Position numbers and translations under genes: made by a program. DNA of 63,295 nt, filler included, from Octopus bimaculoides (Eukaryota): assembly GCF_001194135.2 (NCBI RefSeq). It is 6 parts of 6 records of this genome, joined end to end, with 100 filler letters (N's around TTAATTAATTAA, not from the genome) between each part and the next. Parts side by side here need not be neighbours in the genome. Positions count along the whole stretch, not along the records: positions 52,696 to 59,873 come from NC_069005.1; positions 59,974 to 61,610 come from NC_068981.1; positions 61,711 to 63,295 come from NC_069001.1; 3 more parts are not named here. One strand, written 5' to 3'. The number at the start of each line of letters is the position of its first letter. Within the stretch, counting starts at the first letter, position 1. Shown here one piece after another: positions 53,540 to 63,295 of this stretch. The notes below the pieces were generated by a model. That model was not told where the DNA came from, searched no databases, and saw only the letters and a program-made list of their open reading frames with translations.

Positions 53540-53700
53540 AATTTTTGGCACAATGCCTGCAATTTTGGGGGAGGGGGAATTAAGTCGATAACATTGGTTC
53601 CAGTCATCAATAAGTGCTTATTTTATCAACCTCGAAAGAATTGAAGGCAAAGTCGACCTCGATTCAATCCGAACTCAGAAAGGAAAGACGGACGAAGTAT
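53540..53700 (-). mobile_element. tRNA-derived SINE (second family), diverged
   Basis: GAAGGCAAAGTCGACCTCG...GAACTCAGAA. Confidence 0.7.
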
Positions 53701-53962
53701 CTATACAAAATGTTGGGCGGCGGGGACTATCAATAAAATAATGTAAGAATTTCACAAAAACATCGAGTTAGTCTAATATACAAAAACAGAAACGTAACAA
53801 TATATATAGAAGTTTGGTTTTTTTATAAAAGAATTTTTTTTTAAATATTTTTTCTTTAAAGATTTTGGTTTGAGAAATGCAACAAATATTTCTGGGGGCA
53901 CTGAAATAATTCAGAAGCTAACAAAAGTCACAATATATGAAATATAATTCTACCGAGAAAAA

Positions 53963-54105
53963 AGGCGGTGAGCTGGCAGAATCGTTAGCACGCCAGGCGA
54001 GATGCTTAGCAGTATTTCGTCTGCTGCTACGTTCTGAGTTCAAATTCCGCCGAGGTCGACTTTGCCTTTCATCCTTTCGGAGTCGATTAAATAAGTACCA
54101 GTTAG
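53963..54105 (+). mobile_element. tRNA-derived SINE (second family), best-preserved head
   Basis: A box GGCAGAATCGTTAGCA, B box GAGTTCAAATTCC and central GCCTTTCATCCTTTCGGAGTCGATTAAATAAGTACCAG. The central domain resembles, from memory, the Meta domain; not verified. Confidence 0.85.
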
Positions 54106-54125
54106 GCACAGTAAGTTTATATATG

Positions 54126-54438
54126 TCACCTTGATCACCTTGGCCGACCAGTCCGTCGGGCGTCCATTTGACACCGCTGGTCACAGCACGCTGTCCACTC
54201 CTCTCTGGATCGCGTCTTCCTCATCCACGTGATCCCAGCCTCCCTCCTAAAACCGTAACTCCACCGTCGTAGATGCCTTCCGAGTGGTCGTTTCCGCTCG
54301 CACGGGTACCACTTGACATCTGCGAGGGTCCACCGATTATCGGTGAGCCGGGCAACGTGTCCAGCCCATCTAAACTTGCTGCGTATATATTCTACGATGA
54401 CGTCCCTCACGCCGGACTTCTGTCTGATGACCTCGCTA

Positions 54439-54443
<5 letters not shown>
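54126..54443 (-). mobile_element. RTE-clade LINE 3' end
   Basis: KFRWAGHVARLTDNRWT...WYPCERKRPLGR...RW, ending in a (TCAAGGTGA)-type tail. Confidence 0.9.
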
Positions 54444-54489
<46 letters not shown>

Positions 54490-54516
54490 CAAGATTTTAT
54501 AATTAGCTATTTTATT

Positions 54517-54814
54517 TGTTGCATATCACTGACCGATGGTCACTTTGTTTACAATATATCGCTAGCAGAGGAGCATCTTAGCTCTCACTCCAGTGCGCAG
54601 GTGCGCGCGGCTGAGGATGAACCAAATAGCTCGAAACTGTGCCAGTCCTGCGATCTTGTTAGCTGCTGGAGGGTAGCAGGGCTTCGCTCCCTCTGCTAGC
54701 AATGTATTGTATATAAAGGGTGCAGAGCGTTTCACCGAAAACCATCTGGTGAAGAATATGCCGAGATTAAACTAGTAGTAACCTTCAACTACTGCTTTGA
54801 TGTGGTGACTCGCT
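54517..54814 (+). mobile_element. Solo-LTR-like element containing a hammerhead ribozyme (retrozyme-like)
   Basis: Starts TGTTG. Flanked by TTATT (54512-54516 and 54815-54819). TATATAAA at 54710-54717, ATTAAA at 54766-54771, and an internal 21-bp inverted repeat. Canonical CA right end not preserved. Confidence 0.5.
54606..54652 (+). ncRNA. Type I hammerhead ribozyme
   Basis: Stem I CGCGG/CTGCG; core CTGAGGA + extra T; stem II GAAC-caaata-GCTC (one mismatch); GAA; stem III ACTG-tgc-CAGT; predicted cleavage after GTC (C54647). Confidence 0.75.
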
Positions 54815-54823
54815 TTATTGTAT

Positions 54824-54863
<40 letters not shown>

Positions 54864-55187
54864 GCATATATGTGTGTGAATCAATCCCATGTCATTCCAA
54901 ATCATGGAACCTGTAGGCTACCAGCTACAGACAAACAACGACATGCATTATAGTAGGACTAAACGAACCGAGTTTATTGAGCGAGGTACTTTTTAAAAGT
55001 CCCCTGACCTGATACATCTGCATCTAAAGATACTCTACAACTAGTTGTAGAGTATCTCACCTACGAGGGATTAATGCAAGATGGGTCGAAAGATCGTTGA
55101 CATTAACAAAGAATCTCGTGAATTCAATTTCCTTTTTCTCTTATTTATTATANNNNNNNNNNATATATATATATTTATCTTTGGTCC

Positions 55188-55480
55188 TGACATTAAGAAA
55201 TATCTCCAGGAAAATAACCTACCCTGCAAGCCCTTCTTGTCCTGAACAATGCACCTGCTCACCCACCTAACTCAAAAGTAACAAGTTTACAAAGGTTCTC
55301 TACCTTCCACCCAACACCACCTCTATCCTGCAACCCATGGACCAGCAGGTAATTTCTAATTTCAAGAAGCTCTCACTAAGCACGTATTCTGCCATTGCTT
55401 TGAGGTGATGGAGAGCAAAAACCTCACCCATAGAGAGTTCTGGAAGGACCACTATAACATTGTGATGTGCCTCAGAAACT
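55188..55480 (+). pseudogene. Tigger/pogo-type DDE transposase fragment
   Basis: FGPDIKKYLQENNLP..LLVLNNAPAHPPN, VLYLPPNTTSILQPMDQQVISNFKK and EFWKDHYNI. Confidence 0.9.
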
Positions 55481-55968
55481 GAAAGAATTAAAAAGACTGA
55501 AAGAATTAAAACTCTTCTCCCTAGATTGAAGGCAGGAAAGATATGCAGTGATATACATCTGGAAGACCTTGTACTAAACTTTTAAGATTGCAAGTCACTC
55601 AAACAGCAGAACAGGGCACCACTGCATAGTGCTAAAGATCCCAGCATCGCTATCAAAATACAGGACAAGATGCTGCAACAGCTTGGGCTTCAAGGGCCCA
55701 CAGCTCTTCAATATCCTTCTAAAATGCCTGAGAGACCTGCATGGTGTGGCTGTGTCTTTAAACCAAAACAGGATCTCTTCCTGTTAAGGGTTCTAGACAA
55801 GCCTACCTCACGGCAAGAAACATGGATGAGGGCAGAGACTTCAAACTTCCTCATTGACCAAATGCCACGTATCAGAGAAGGTGTTAAATAATAGCATAGC
55901 ACAGCCAACGGTGGTGCCCCAGCATGGCTGCAGCTCTGAAGCTGAAACATTTTAAAGAATAAAAGAAT
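55481..55968 (+). mobile_element. CR1/L2-group LINE 3' end with (AAAGAAT)n tail
   Basis: RLKELKLFSL..RQERYAVIYIWK...NSLGFKGPQLFNIL, ending GGTGGTGCCCCAGCATGGCTGCAG...TAAAGAATAAAAGAAT. Confidence 0.8.
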
Positions 55969-56218
55969 TCAAAAAATATATATACAATATATATATATAT
56001 ATATATAGGCAATGTTAATTCTCTAAACGAGGTATTAACAGTAACTGCACGATAAAGTGAAGTATATTGCCACTTAAATGTGGCTGACCCCTAGGGGTGG
56101 ATGTTACTGTTGCTTTTAGCCCCATGAGGACATCTCCTCCAGCTGGCTTATCGACACACTTCTGTGTCCTGTTTGTTTTGCCAAGGGAAGTTATCCCTCT
56201 CATCGTGATCTGTAGCAC

Positions 56219-56261
56219 GAACGGACTCGGCTTTTAGGGTTATTTCCCTTCGTCAGTGTCC
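56219..56261 (-). ncRNA. Mirror hammerhead copy with GAAA>AAAA mutation
   Basis: Minus strand GGACA-CTGACGA-AGGGaaataaCCCT-AAAA-gccga-GTC-cgttc. Confidence 0.7.
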
Positions 56262-56293
56262 GATAGCCACCGATCTGCGATGAGAAAGATATC

Positions 56294-56336
56294 GGACGCT
56301 GACGAAGGGAAATAACCCTGAAACTCGAGTCCGTTT
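56294..56336 (+). ncRNA. Minimal type I hammerhead ribozyme
   Basis: Stem I GGACG/CGTTT; CTGACGA; stem II AGGG-aaataa-CCCT; GAAA; palindromic ACTCGAGT stem III; predicted cleavage after GTC (C56331). Confidence 0.85.
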
Positions 56337-56502
56337 GTGCTACAGATCACGATGAGAGGGATAACTTCCCTTGGCAAAACAAACAGGACACAGAAGTGTG
56401 TCGATAAGCCAGCTGGAGGAGATGTCCTCCTGGGGCTAAAAGCAACAGTAACATCCACCCCTAGGGGCCAGTCACATTTAAGTGGCAATATACTTCACTT
56501 TG

Positions 56503-56535
<33 letters not shown>

Positions 56536-56852
56536 GAATCCTTTCCACTAATATTTGAATTAACACTAAAAATGGCTTTATTGTTGTACTTCGTAGATTT
56601 GGTCGCTCTGTTCTTTTTCGACAACTTTTGTTTGTTAGAAATGAAATTTGAATAAATCTTACCTCTTTCCAGAGGTATGCACACAAATAAGCGTAGATGC
56701 AACACAAGGTGAGAAAATAGAACACAAATACCAATAGAATGGTAAAATACTCTTTATTAAAGCTGAAAGCAATAGTCAGAAACTGTTTCTCAAAGTTTCA
56801 CATGACCGTTCTTCAAACAGTTGCGTTGATGCATGTATATGCATACATGCAC

Positions 56853-56892
<40 letters not shown>

Positions 56893-56951
56893 CTATATAT
56901 GTAAGTATGTATGTCGGTATGTATGTATGTATGTATATCCATATATAAATA

Positions 56952-56982
<31 letters not shown>

Positions 56983-56999
56983 GTATATGTATATATATG

Positions 57000-57044
<45 letters not shown>

Positions 57045-57418
57045 NNNNNNNNNNNNNNNNNNNNNNNNNNNNNNNNNNNNNNNNNNNNNNNNNNNNNNNN
57101 NNNNNNNNNNNNNNNNNNNNNNNNNNNNNNNNNNNNNNNNNNNNNNNNNNNNNNNNNNNNNNNNNNNNNNNNNNNNNNNNNNNNNNNNNNNNNNNNNNNN
57201 NNNNNNNNNNNNNNNNNNNNNNNNNNNNNNNNNNNNNNNNNNNNNNNNNNNNNNNNNNNNNNNNNNTATATATGTAAACACACACATATATGTATGTCGA
57301 TATAGACACTCGCACACATATGTGGGTCCTTGTATATGTCCATAATATATACGTGTCTTAATGTGAGAAAGAACATGTGTGTTTTAGTGCGTGTGTGTGT
57401 TTGTATGTGTGTGTGTGT

Positions 57419-57458
<40 letters not shown>

Positions 57459-58934
57459 TTAGTTACGCAGGGTATGAATGTGTATAAATACAACAATGAT
57501 TTCAATCGTAATCACCTCTCGAAGTCCACCATAATTTCGTTAATATATCGCTAAATATTTAATAAAACAAAACACACATTACTCCAGTTTTCATACAAAC
57601 ACCTAGGCAACCTTAACAGACTTCACCTTCTCTTCAACCAATTATTTGTGTTGTGTTTTAGACTTGCTCTATGTCTCTTTCCACTCCAGTAAACTTCCAT
57701 AACAATTCAACTCGGTGACGGAATAAACAAGATTTATCTCCCTTACTAATTATTACACTTCCAACAAATATTATTAAAAATACCAACGCTAAATACTGTG
57801 TTGCTCCTTTTCTTTTCTTCGGGATTTCCGCCATTTACGTGTGTTTGTTTTTCAGCTTATTCAAACAATAGCTAGTGTTCCAAAAGCCCAATGGAGTGAA
57901 ACAGATATATACACATATATTAATGTGTGTTTGTGCGTGTAGGAGAGGGAGAGGAACACAGAGACAGAGAGAAAGAGACAGATACAGGAAGAGAGAAAGG
58001 GAGAGGAGGAGAGAGATGTAGATCAAACGATCTAAGACAGCACAGTTCAATGAAGAGAAGGAAATGTTTTGTTTTGTTTTTTCTTTCAAATTTGATTCAG
58101 ATTTGACAAATGGCCAACTGTTCCTCTCTTTTACCACAGTAGCATCAGAGATCGTGAAATGACTGCCGATGTTTACCTCGGATGTTACTGTAATTAGAGG
58201 GAACATAGTTTCAGTCTAAGTGTGTGTAAATTAATCCAGCTATCTAGCTAAGTCTCTCTGTACGTTCTCTCTAACTTTCTCTCTCTCTCTAGATAAACAC
58301 ACACGCACACACACGCACACACATACAAACACACACACATCTATCTATCTATCTATCTATCTATCTATATATATNNNNNNNNNNNNNNNNNNNNNNNNNN
58401 NNNNNNNNNNNNNNNNNNNNNNNNNNNNNNNNNNNNNNNNNNNNNNNNNNNNNNNNNNNNNNNNNNNNNNNNNNNNNNNNNNNNNNNNNNNNNNNNNNNN
58501 NNNNNNNNNNNNNNNNNNNNNNNNNNNNNNNNNNNNNNNNNNNNNNNNNNNNNNNNNNNNNNNNNNNNNNNNNNNNNNNNNNNNNNNNNNNNNNNNNNNN
58601 NNNNNNNNNNNNNNNNNNNNNNNNNNNNNNNNNNNNNNNNNNNNNNNNNNNNNNNNNNNNNNNNNNNNNNNNNNNNNNNNNNNNNNNNNNNNNNNNNNNN
58701 NNNNNNNNNNNNNNNNNNNNNNNNNNNNNNNNNNNNNNNNNNNNNNNNNNNNNNNNNNNNNNNNNNNNNNNNNNNNNNNNNNNNNNNNNNNNNNNNNNNN
58801 NNNNNNNNNNNNNNNNNNNNNNNNNNNNNNNNNNNNNNNNNNNNNNNNNNNNNNNNNNNNNNNNNNNNNNNNNNNNNNNNNNNNNNNNNNNNNNNNNNNN
58901 NNNNNNNNNNNNNNNNNNNNNNNNNNNNNNNTAT

Positions 58935-59095
58935 ACAGGGAGAATTCACAAAAAAAAACAACAAAAGACGAAGACAGGTAGTGTAGACAACAAACAGATG
59001 TATCAGTATAACGCTCGGGAAGTGAAAAAGTCTTTAACGTTTCAAGCTTACGCTCTTCCACAGAAAGGAACACAGAAAGAAGCAAGGAAAGAAAA
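58935..59095 (-). mobile_element. Short PLE-tail-like repeat with hammerhead-like motif (59027-59066)
   Basis: Minus strand CTTT-CTGTGGA-a-GAGC-gtaa-GCTT-GAAACGTT-AAAG; core A6 replaced by T. Confidence 0.5.
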
Positions 59096-59114
59096 AAAGG
59101 AGAGAAAAAAGGAG

Positions 59115-59205
59115 AGAGGCTATAGTACAAGACACTTGCCCAAGGTGCCACGCATTGTGACTGAACACGGAACCGTGTTATTAGGTATCAAGCTCCTTAC
59201 CACAC
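59115..59205 (-). mobile_element. CORE-type SINE head
   Basis: AGACACTTGCCCAAGGTGCCACGC...CTTACCACACAG. Confidence 0.8.
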
Positions 59206-59835
59206 AGGTACGTTGTATATGTATGTATATATGTATGTATTTATGTATGTATACATGTATGCATGTATGTATGTATGCATGAACATATGAAGGCCCTGCT
59301 ATGATGTGACTATACCTTCATGCAAACGCAGCCAAACGGCTTCAAATCAGATTCTATTCTCTTAAAAAGAAAACAGACGGAAAACACTTCGTGTAACGGA
59401 GTTCTGCAGATACTATTGTGTGCAAATGACAATGTAGAATAGTTATGGCAGTAATTCCTGCAATCATAGATTAGATTGATTAAGACCCAACTGGAGCTAA
59501 ACAACATTCCAGGGAAGCAATTAGCCGTCGCTAACCTCTTAGTCACCTTCATCATTTTCATACTTTGACGGTCCGTATCAACAATCTATATTTGATTTTA
59601 GGTTAAATATCCATAATAAGACAGTAGGAAACTTCCCAACTTGCGCTGCCTCCATCGTTTGATTTTGTGATGCATAGGTTCCGATCACGAACGTTCAGAC
59701 AATAATAACTATTTATTGCGTTTGTGCGTGGGGTGAATGCTTATCTAACAGTAATATATATCACATACAAAGGTACACACATAAATACACACACACACGT
59801 CACAAACGTACATGCTCAAGCACAAGTGTACCTAC

Positions 59836-59873
<38 letters not shown>

Positions 59874-59973
59874 NNNNNNNNNNNNNNNNNNNNNNNNNNN
59901 NNNNNNNNNNNNNNNNNTTAATTAATTAANNNNNNNNNNNNNNNNNNNNNNNNNNNNNNNNNNNNNNNNNNNN
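59874..59973. other. Assembly spacer (44 N + TTAATTAATTAA + 44 N)
   Basis: As at 23244. Confidence 0.95.
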
Positions 59974-60376
59974 TATATATATATATTTATATATATATAT
60001 ATAGAAAGAGAAAGAGGAACGGGCAGTATGATAGCAAAGAAAATCGTACGCTAGGCTGCATGAATATTTACAGGCTGTTCCAAAATCTTAAATAGATACA
60101 GTATATGTATACAGAATAGACATTCTTTTTTAAGGTTATTCGTATTAATTAAACCGAGGGGATATATGAATCAGTAGACAAGTGATCATACGCTTTCAAA
60201 CCTAAATATGAAATTTTTAACTCTACAAGATCTTGCATGGTGTTTCCATTAAGTATTGCTAGTCAGTTCCTGCTTCGGAATGGCAATGCGATCTCCTCAT
60301 CTAATAAAAATTGAAATACCAGCCATGAAATATCATGATCTTCTTTATACTACATGTGTATGATAGAAAAATGAAG

Positions 60377-60600
60377 TGGCGTGCGGGTTAGTTGTCTGAG
60401 CGTTGGATTCATGATCGTATGATCACAGTTTCGATCGATGGACGGGTGATGTGTTCTGCTCTTCAGCAACACGCTTCATTTCACGTTGATCCTGATAAAA
60501 ATGAGTAATCGTGAGACGGGCCGGCGTCCCGTCCCGGGCGGAATGTAAGGGGAATTGGTCTATTTTCTCGGACCAATACCCCTTACTTAGGGGTATAGAA
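60377..60600 (+). mobile_element. tRNA-derived SINE (further family) with 3' hairpins
   Basis: Degenerate A/B boxes, GACGGG-ccggcgt-CCCGTC hairpin and TAAGGGG..ATTGGTC/GACCAAT.CCCCTTA hairpin. Confidence 0.5.
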
Positions 60601-60619
60601 CCATTATGATAGAAGATTC

Positions 60620-60890
60620 CAGCCATCTGCTCTGTCCAGTATTCTTGGGTGAACTGTAGGCAACTCGAGTATAGAATCCTATCAGAAGAAATCGTCATTA
60701 CATCTTCCGGTTGGACACTCCAATTTAACCATCTGAAACAAGGGATTTTATACAAACGTCCCGTTCTTGGTGTACTTGCTCCATTTCTAGGTTTCCTGGC
60801 AGTTGAATCGGCTTGAAGAATACGTCTGGCAATTCTTTCTTGCGGCATTCGAATCACATATCCATAGTGTCAAAAGCCGTGACTTCTCAA
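60620..60890 (-). mobile_element. RTE-group LINE 3' fragment
   Basis: YVIRMPQERIARRILQADST.RKPR..., matching the GHVxRM...RPRGRP C-terminal pattern. Confidence 0.65.
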
Positions 60891-61224
60891 TGAAAATTTG
60901 CAGCTTTGACCTGGAGCGATTTACTGATGTCTGTGCTATGAGACCATCCGAGTAATGTTACTCCAGATATCTTTCAAAGCAACCTCATTTCAGTAATTTG
61001 TATTAAAGATAGTACACTTTTGCAATTTACCCAGTATTTATGACAAAACAGGGGCGAAAACCGAATTAAAGAAGCAAGGTTAACGTTTTGCCGTACCTCT
61101 GCCCTCAGGTGGAGCAACGCATGTACTTATCTCTAGAATGTAAGCAGGGTAAAATATAATGGTAACTACATAAATTTTATCGTTGTTTACGGATAAAGTA
61201 TGTATCATATATAGATAGATAGAG

Positions 61225-61257
<33 letters not shown>

Positions 61258-61263
61258 CATACA

Positions 61264-61295
<32 letters not shown>

Positions 61296-61610
61296 ACAGA
61301 TATATAGATTAAATTGTATACATACATATGTAAGTTTGCACGTGAGATTTCATGCATATATATATGCTTGTATGTGTGTATATACGAAATGATGCATTCA
61401 TACATGTCTACATATTTTTCACAAACACAAAAATACACACACATATACACAGATGCACACTCTTACACTCATTTATATTTATAATCATATAAATACGTGT
61501 ATAACTTAATATATGCGTGTATGTGTGTGTGCGCGTATGTCTGCGTGTATGTACGTATGTATATAGTTTTACATACATAAGTACGTCTATAAATATACAT
61601 CATATATATA

Positions 61611-61710
61611 NNNNNNNNNNNNNNNNNNNNNNNNNNNNNNNNNNNNNNNNNNNNTTAATTAATTAANNNNNNNNNNNNNNNNNNNNNNNNNNNNNNNNNN
61701 NNNNNNNNNN
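61611..61710. other. Assembly spacer (44 N + TTAATTAATTAA + 44 N)
   Basis: As at 23244. Confidence 0.95.
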
Positions 61711-61849
61711 ATATATATGTATGTATGTAGGTATATATATCCATACATCCATACATCCATACATACACAGACATATAGATACACACACACACACGCACAC
61801 ACATATATGTGTGTGTGTGTGTGTGTTTATATATATATATATATATATA

Positions 61850-63290
61850 TATGAAGGCATCAAACTGTTGGACCAGGCAATGAAAGTTACAGAGAGAAAT
61901 AAAGCTTAATTTATTAAGTACAGAATTAGACTTGAGATGCAGTTTAGTTTTGTGTCAGGGAGGAGTACAGCAGTTGCCTTCTTCTCAGTAAGATAAATGC
62001 AGGAGAAGTATCTAGCTAAAAGCAAACCATTGTACTTGGCATTTGTCGACCTGGAAGAAGTCTGTAACAGAGTCCCTTGCTTTGTTATTTAGTGTTCTGT
62101 GAGAAAGTTATGAGCAGATGAATGGTTTGTTAGAGCTGTACAAGCCATGTACAGGGGTGCTGTTAATAAGGTGAGAGTTAGCCATGAAAAGTTCCTGGCT
62201 TTGGGTAAAAGAAAATACAGGAGGATCAGTTAATTATGATTTTATTCAACATATACTCTCAGATTCACACACCTTTCCAGTGGTCCTTCAGTTTTTGTAA
62301 GCCCTGTAAAAGAATTTGGAAGTCTGGGTCTCCAGCCAGGTTTTTCGCAACATCTTTAAAGCCAGGAACTTTTCAGCGCCCCTTTGTATATGCTGATAAT
62401 CTTGCTCTTATAGCCAAATTTTTTGCAAAATTGGGGAAAAAATTCCAGTTATGGAAGCTAAAAATCTGGAATCAAAGGGCCTTGATGTTAACCTAGCAAA
62501 GACTAAAGTTGTAGTTAGCAAGAAAGCATATAAGACTTCCTATCATCTGGCTTAATATGTAGAAACGGTGTTGTAAGGAATTCAGTTCAACACTCCCAAA
62601 AGAGGTGCAGTAGAATCATAGGTAGGTAAACAGAGAAGATTATCTTTATATGTGGTAGAGACACAAGAACAATAAACACTATGGACTCATGGGAATTAGA
62701 TTTTCTCAAAAAGGAAGCTCCCTAGAGTTTGAAGATAATTTCTATTACCTAGGCGACCAAATTAGCATTTGTGGAGGATGTTCTGAGAGTGTTGTTGCTA
62801 TAATAAGAATTGGATAGAGGCAGTTTAGAGAGCTATTACCTCTGTTGGCAACAAAAGGTCTCTCTATCAAAGTGAAAAGCAGATTGGATGAAGATTGTGT
62901 AAGAACAGCTATGCTCCATGGCAGTGAGATGTGGGCCCTGAATACAGAAGACATGTGAAGACTGGAGAGGAATGAAGCCAGTATGCTCTGATGGATGTGC
63001 AACATCAGTAGGCATGTATGAGAAAGCACAAGTATGTTGGGAGAAAAGTTCGGCATAAGAGGAATCATATGTAGTATGCAAGAGAGAAGATTATGATAGT
63101 TTGGTCATGTGATGTGTATGGATGAGGATATCTGTGTAAAGAAGAGCCAATTGCTTAAAGTGGATGGAACCTGCAGAAGAAGGAGACCTAGGAAAATGTG
63201 GAATGAAGTAATAGAGGCTAATCTTAAGTTGTTGAGCCTCACAAAGGAGATGACAATGGACAAAAATGTTTGGTGATATAAGGCTTGATA
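61850..63290 (+). mobile_element. RTE-clade LINE, 5'-truncated, decayed RT to 3' end
   Basis: GIKLLDQAMKV, QEKYLAKSKPLYLAFVDLE, YADNLAL, YLGDQIS, LHGSEMWAL and FGHVMCMD..GRRPRKMW. Confidence 0.95.
62185..62386. mobile_element. Mariner-type MITE nested in the RTE
   Basis: TIRs TGAAAAGTTCCTGGCTTT / AAAGCCAGGAACTTTTCA, with TA on the right side. Confidence 0.85.
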
Positions 63291-63295
63291 TATAT

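Larger units (their letters stand above)
56054..56501. repeat. 212-bp inverted repeat (24-nt spacer), probably a head-to-head PLE pLTR or retrozyme-like unit
   Basis: 56054-56265 vs 56290-56501 with about 8 mismatches counted; flanked by (TA)n. Confidence 0.95.

Noticed and set aside
57835-58206. 123-aa minus-strand ORF and possible exon near 58135-58190
   Set aside because: Several competing frames and donors, no recognisable motif, and the ORF runs into low-complexity sequence.

Overview
AT-rich eukaryotic DNA with roughly 10% Ns. The microsatellite load ((TA)n, (CA)n, (TAGA)n, (TATG)n, (AAT)n) and the SINE families look most like a coleoid cephalopod (octopus-type) genome; this is an inference. 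Five 100-bp spacers (44 N + TTAATTAATTAA + 44 N) split the window into six joined pieces, so adjacency across them is unproven. There is no intact long ORF, rRNA, true tRNA or CRISPR array, and most listed ORFs are microsatellite or N artefacts. The window is a mosaic of decayed transposons: a Ty3/Gypsy pol remnant, four Penelope-like element (PLE) remnants, RTE, CR1/L2-type and restriction-like-endonuclease LINE fragments, DD37D (maT) and Tigger/pogo transposase remnants, mariner and hAT MITEs, and many tRNA-derived SINEs. A few short minus-strand exon-like segments may belong to an unidentified host gene. The most notable signals are hammerhead-ribozyme (HHR) motifs. One is a well-formed type I HHR inside a ~300-bp solo-LTR-like element (54517-54814), which resembles a retrozyme. 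Another is a 212-bp inverted repeat carrying mirror-image HHRs (56054-56501). Further HHR remnants sit at PLE ends. Also present are a circularly permuted inverted duplication (30434-31137 vs 36067-37165) and several long hairpins.
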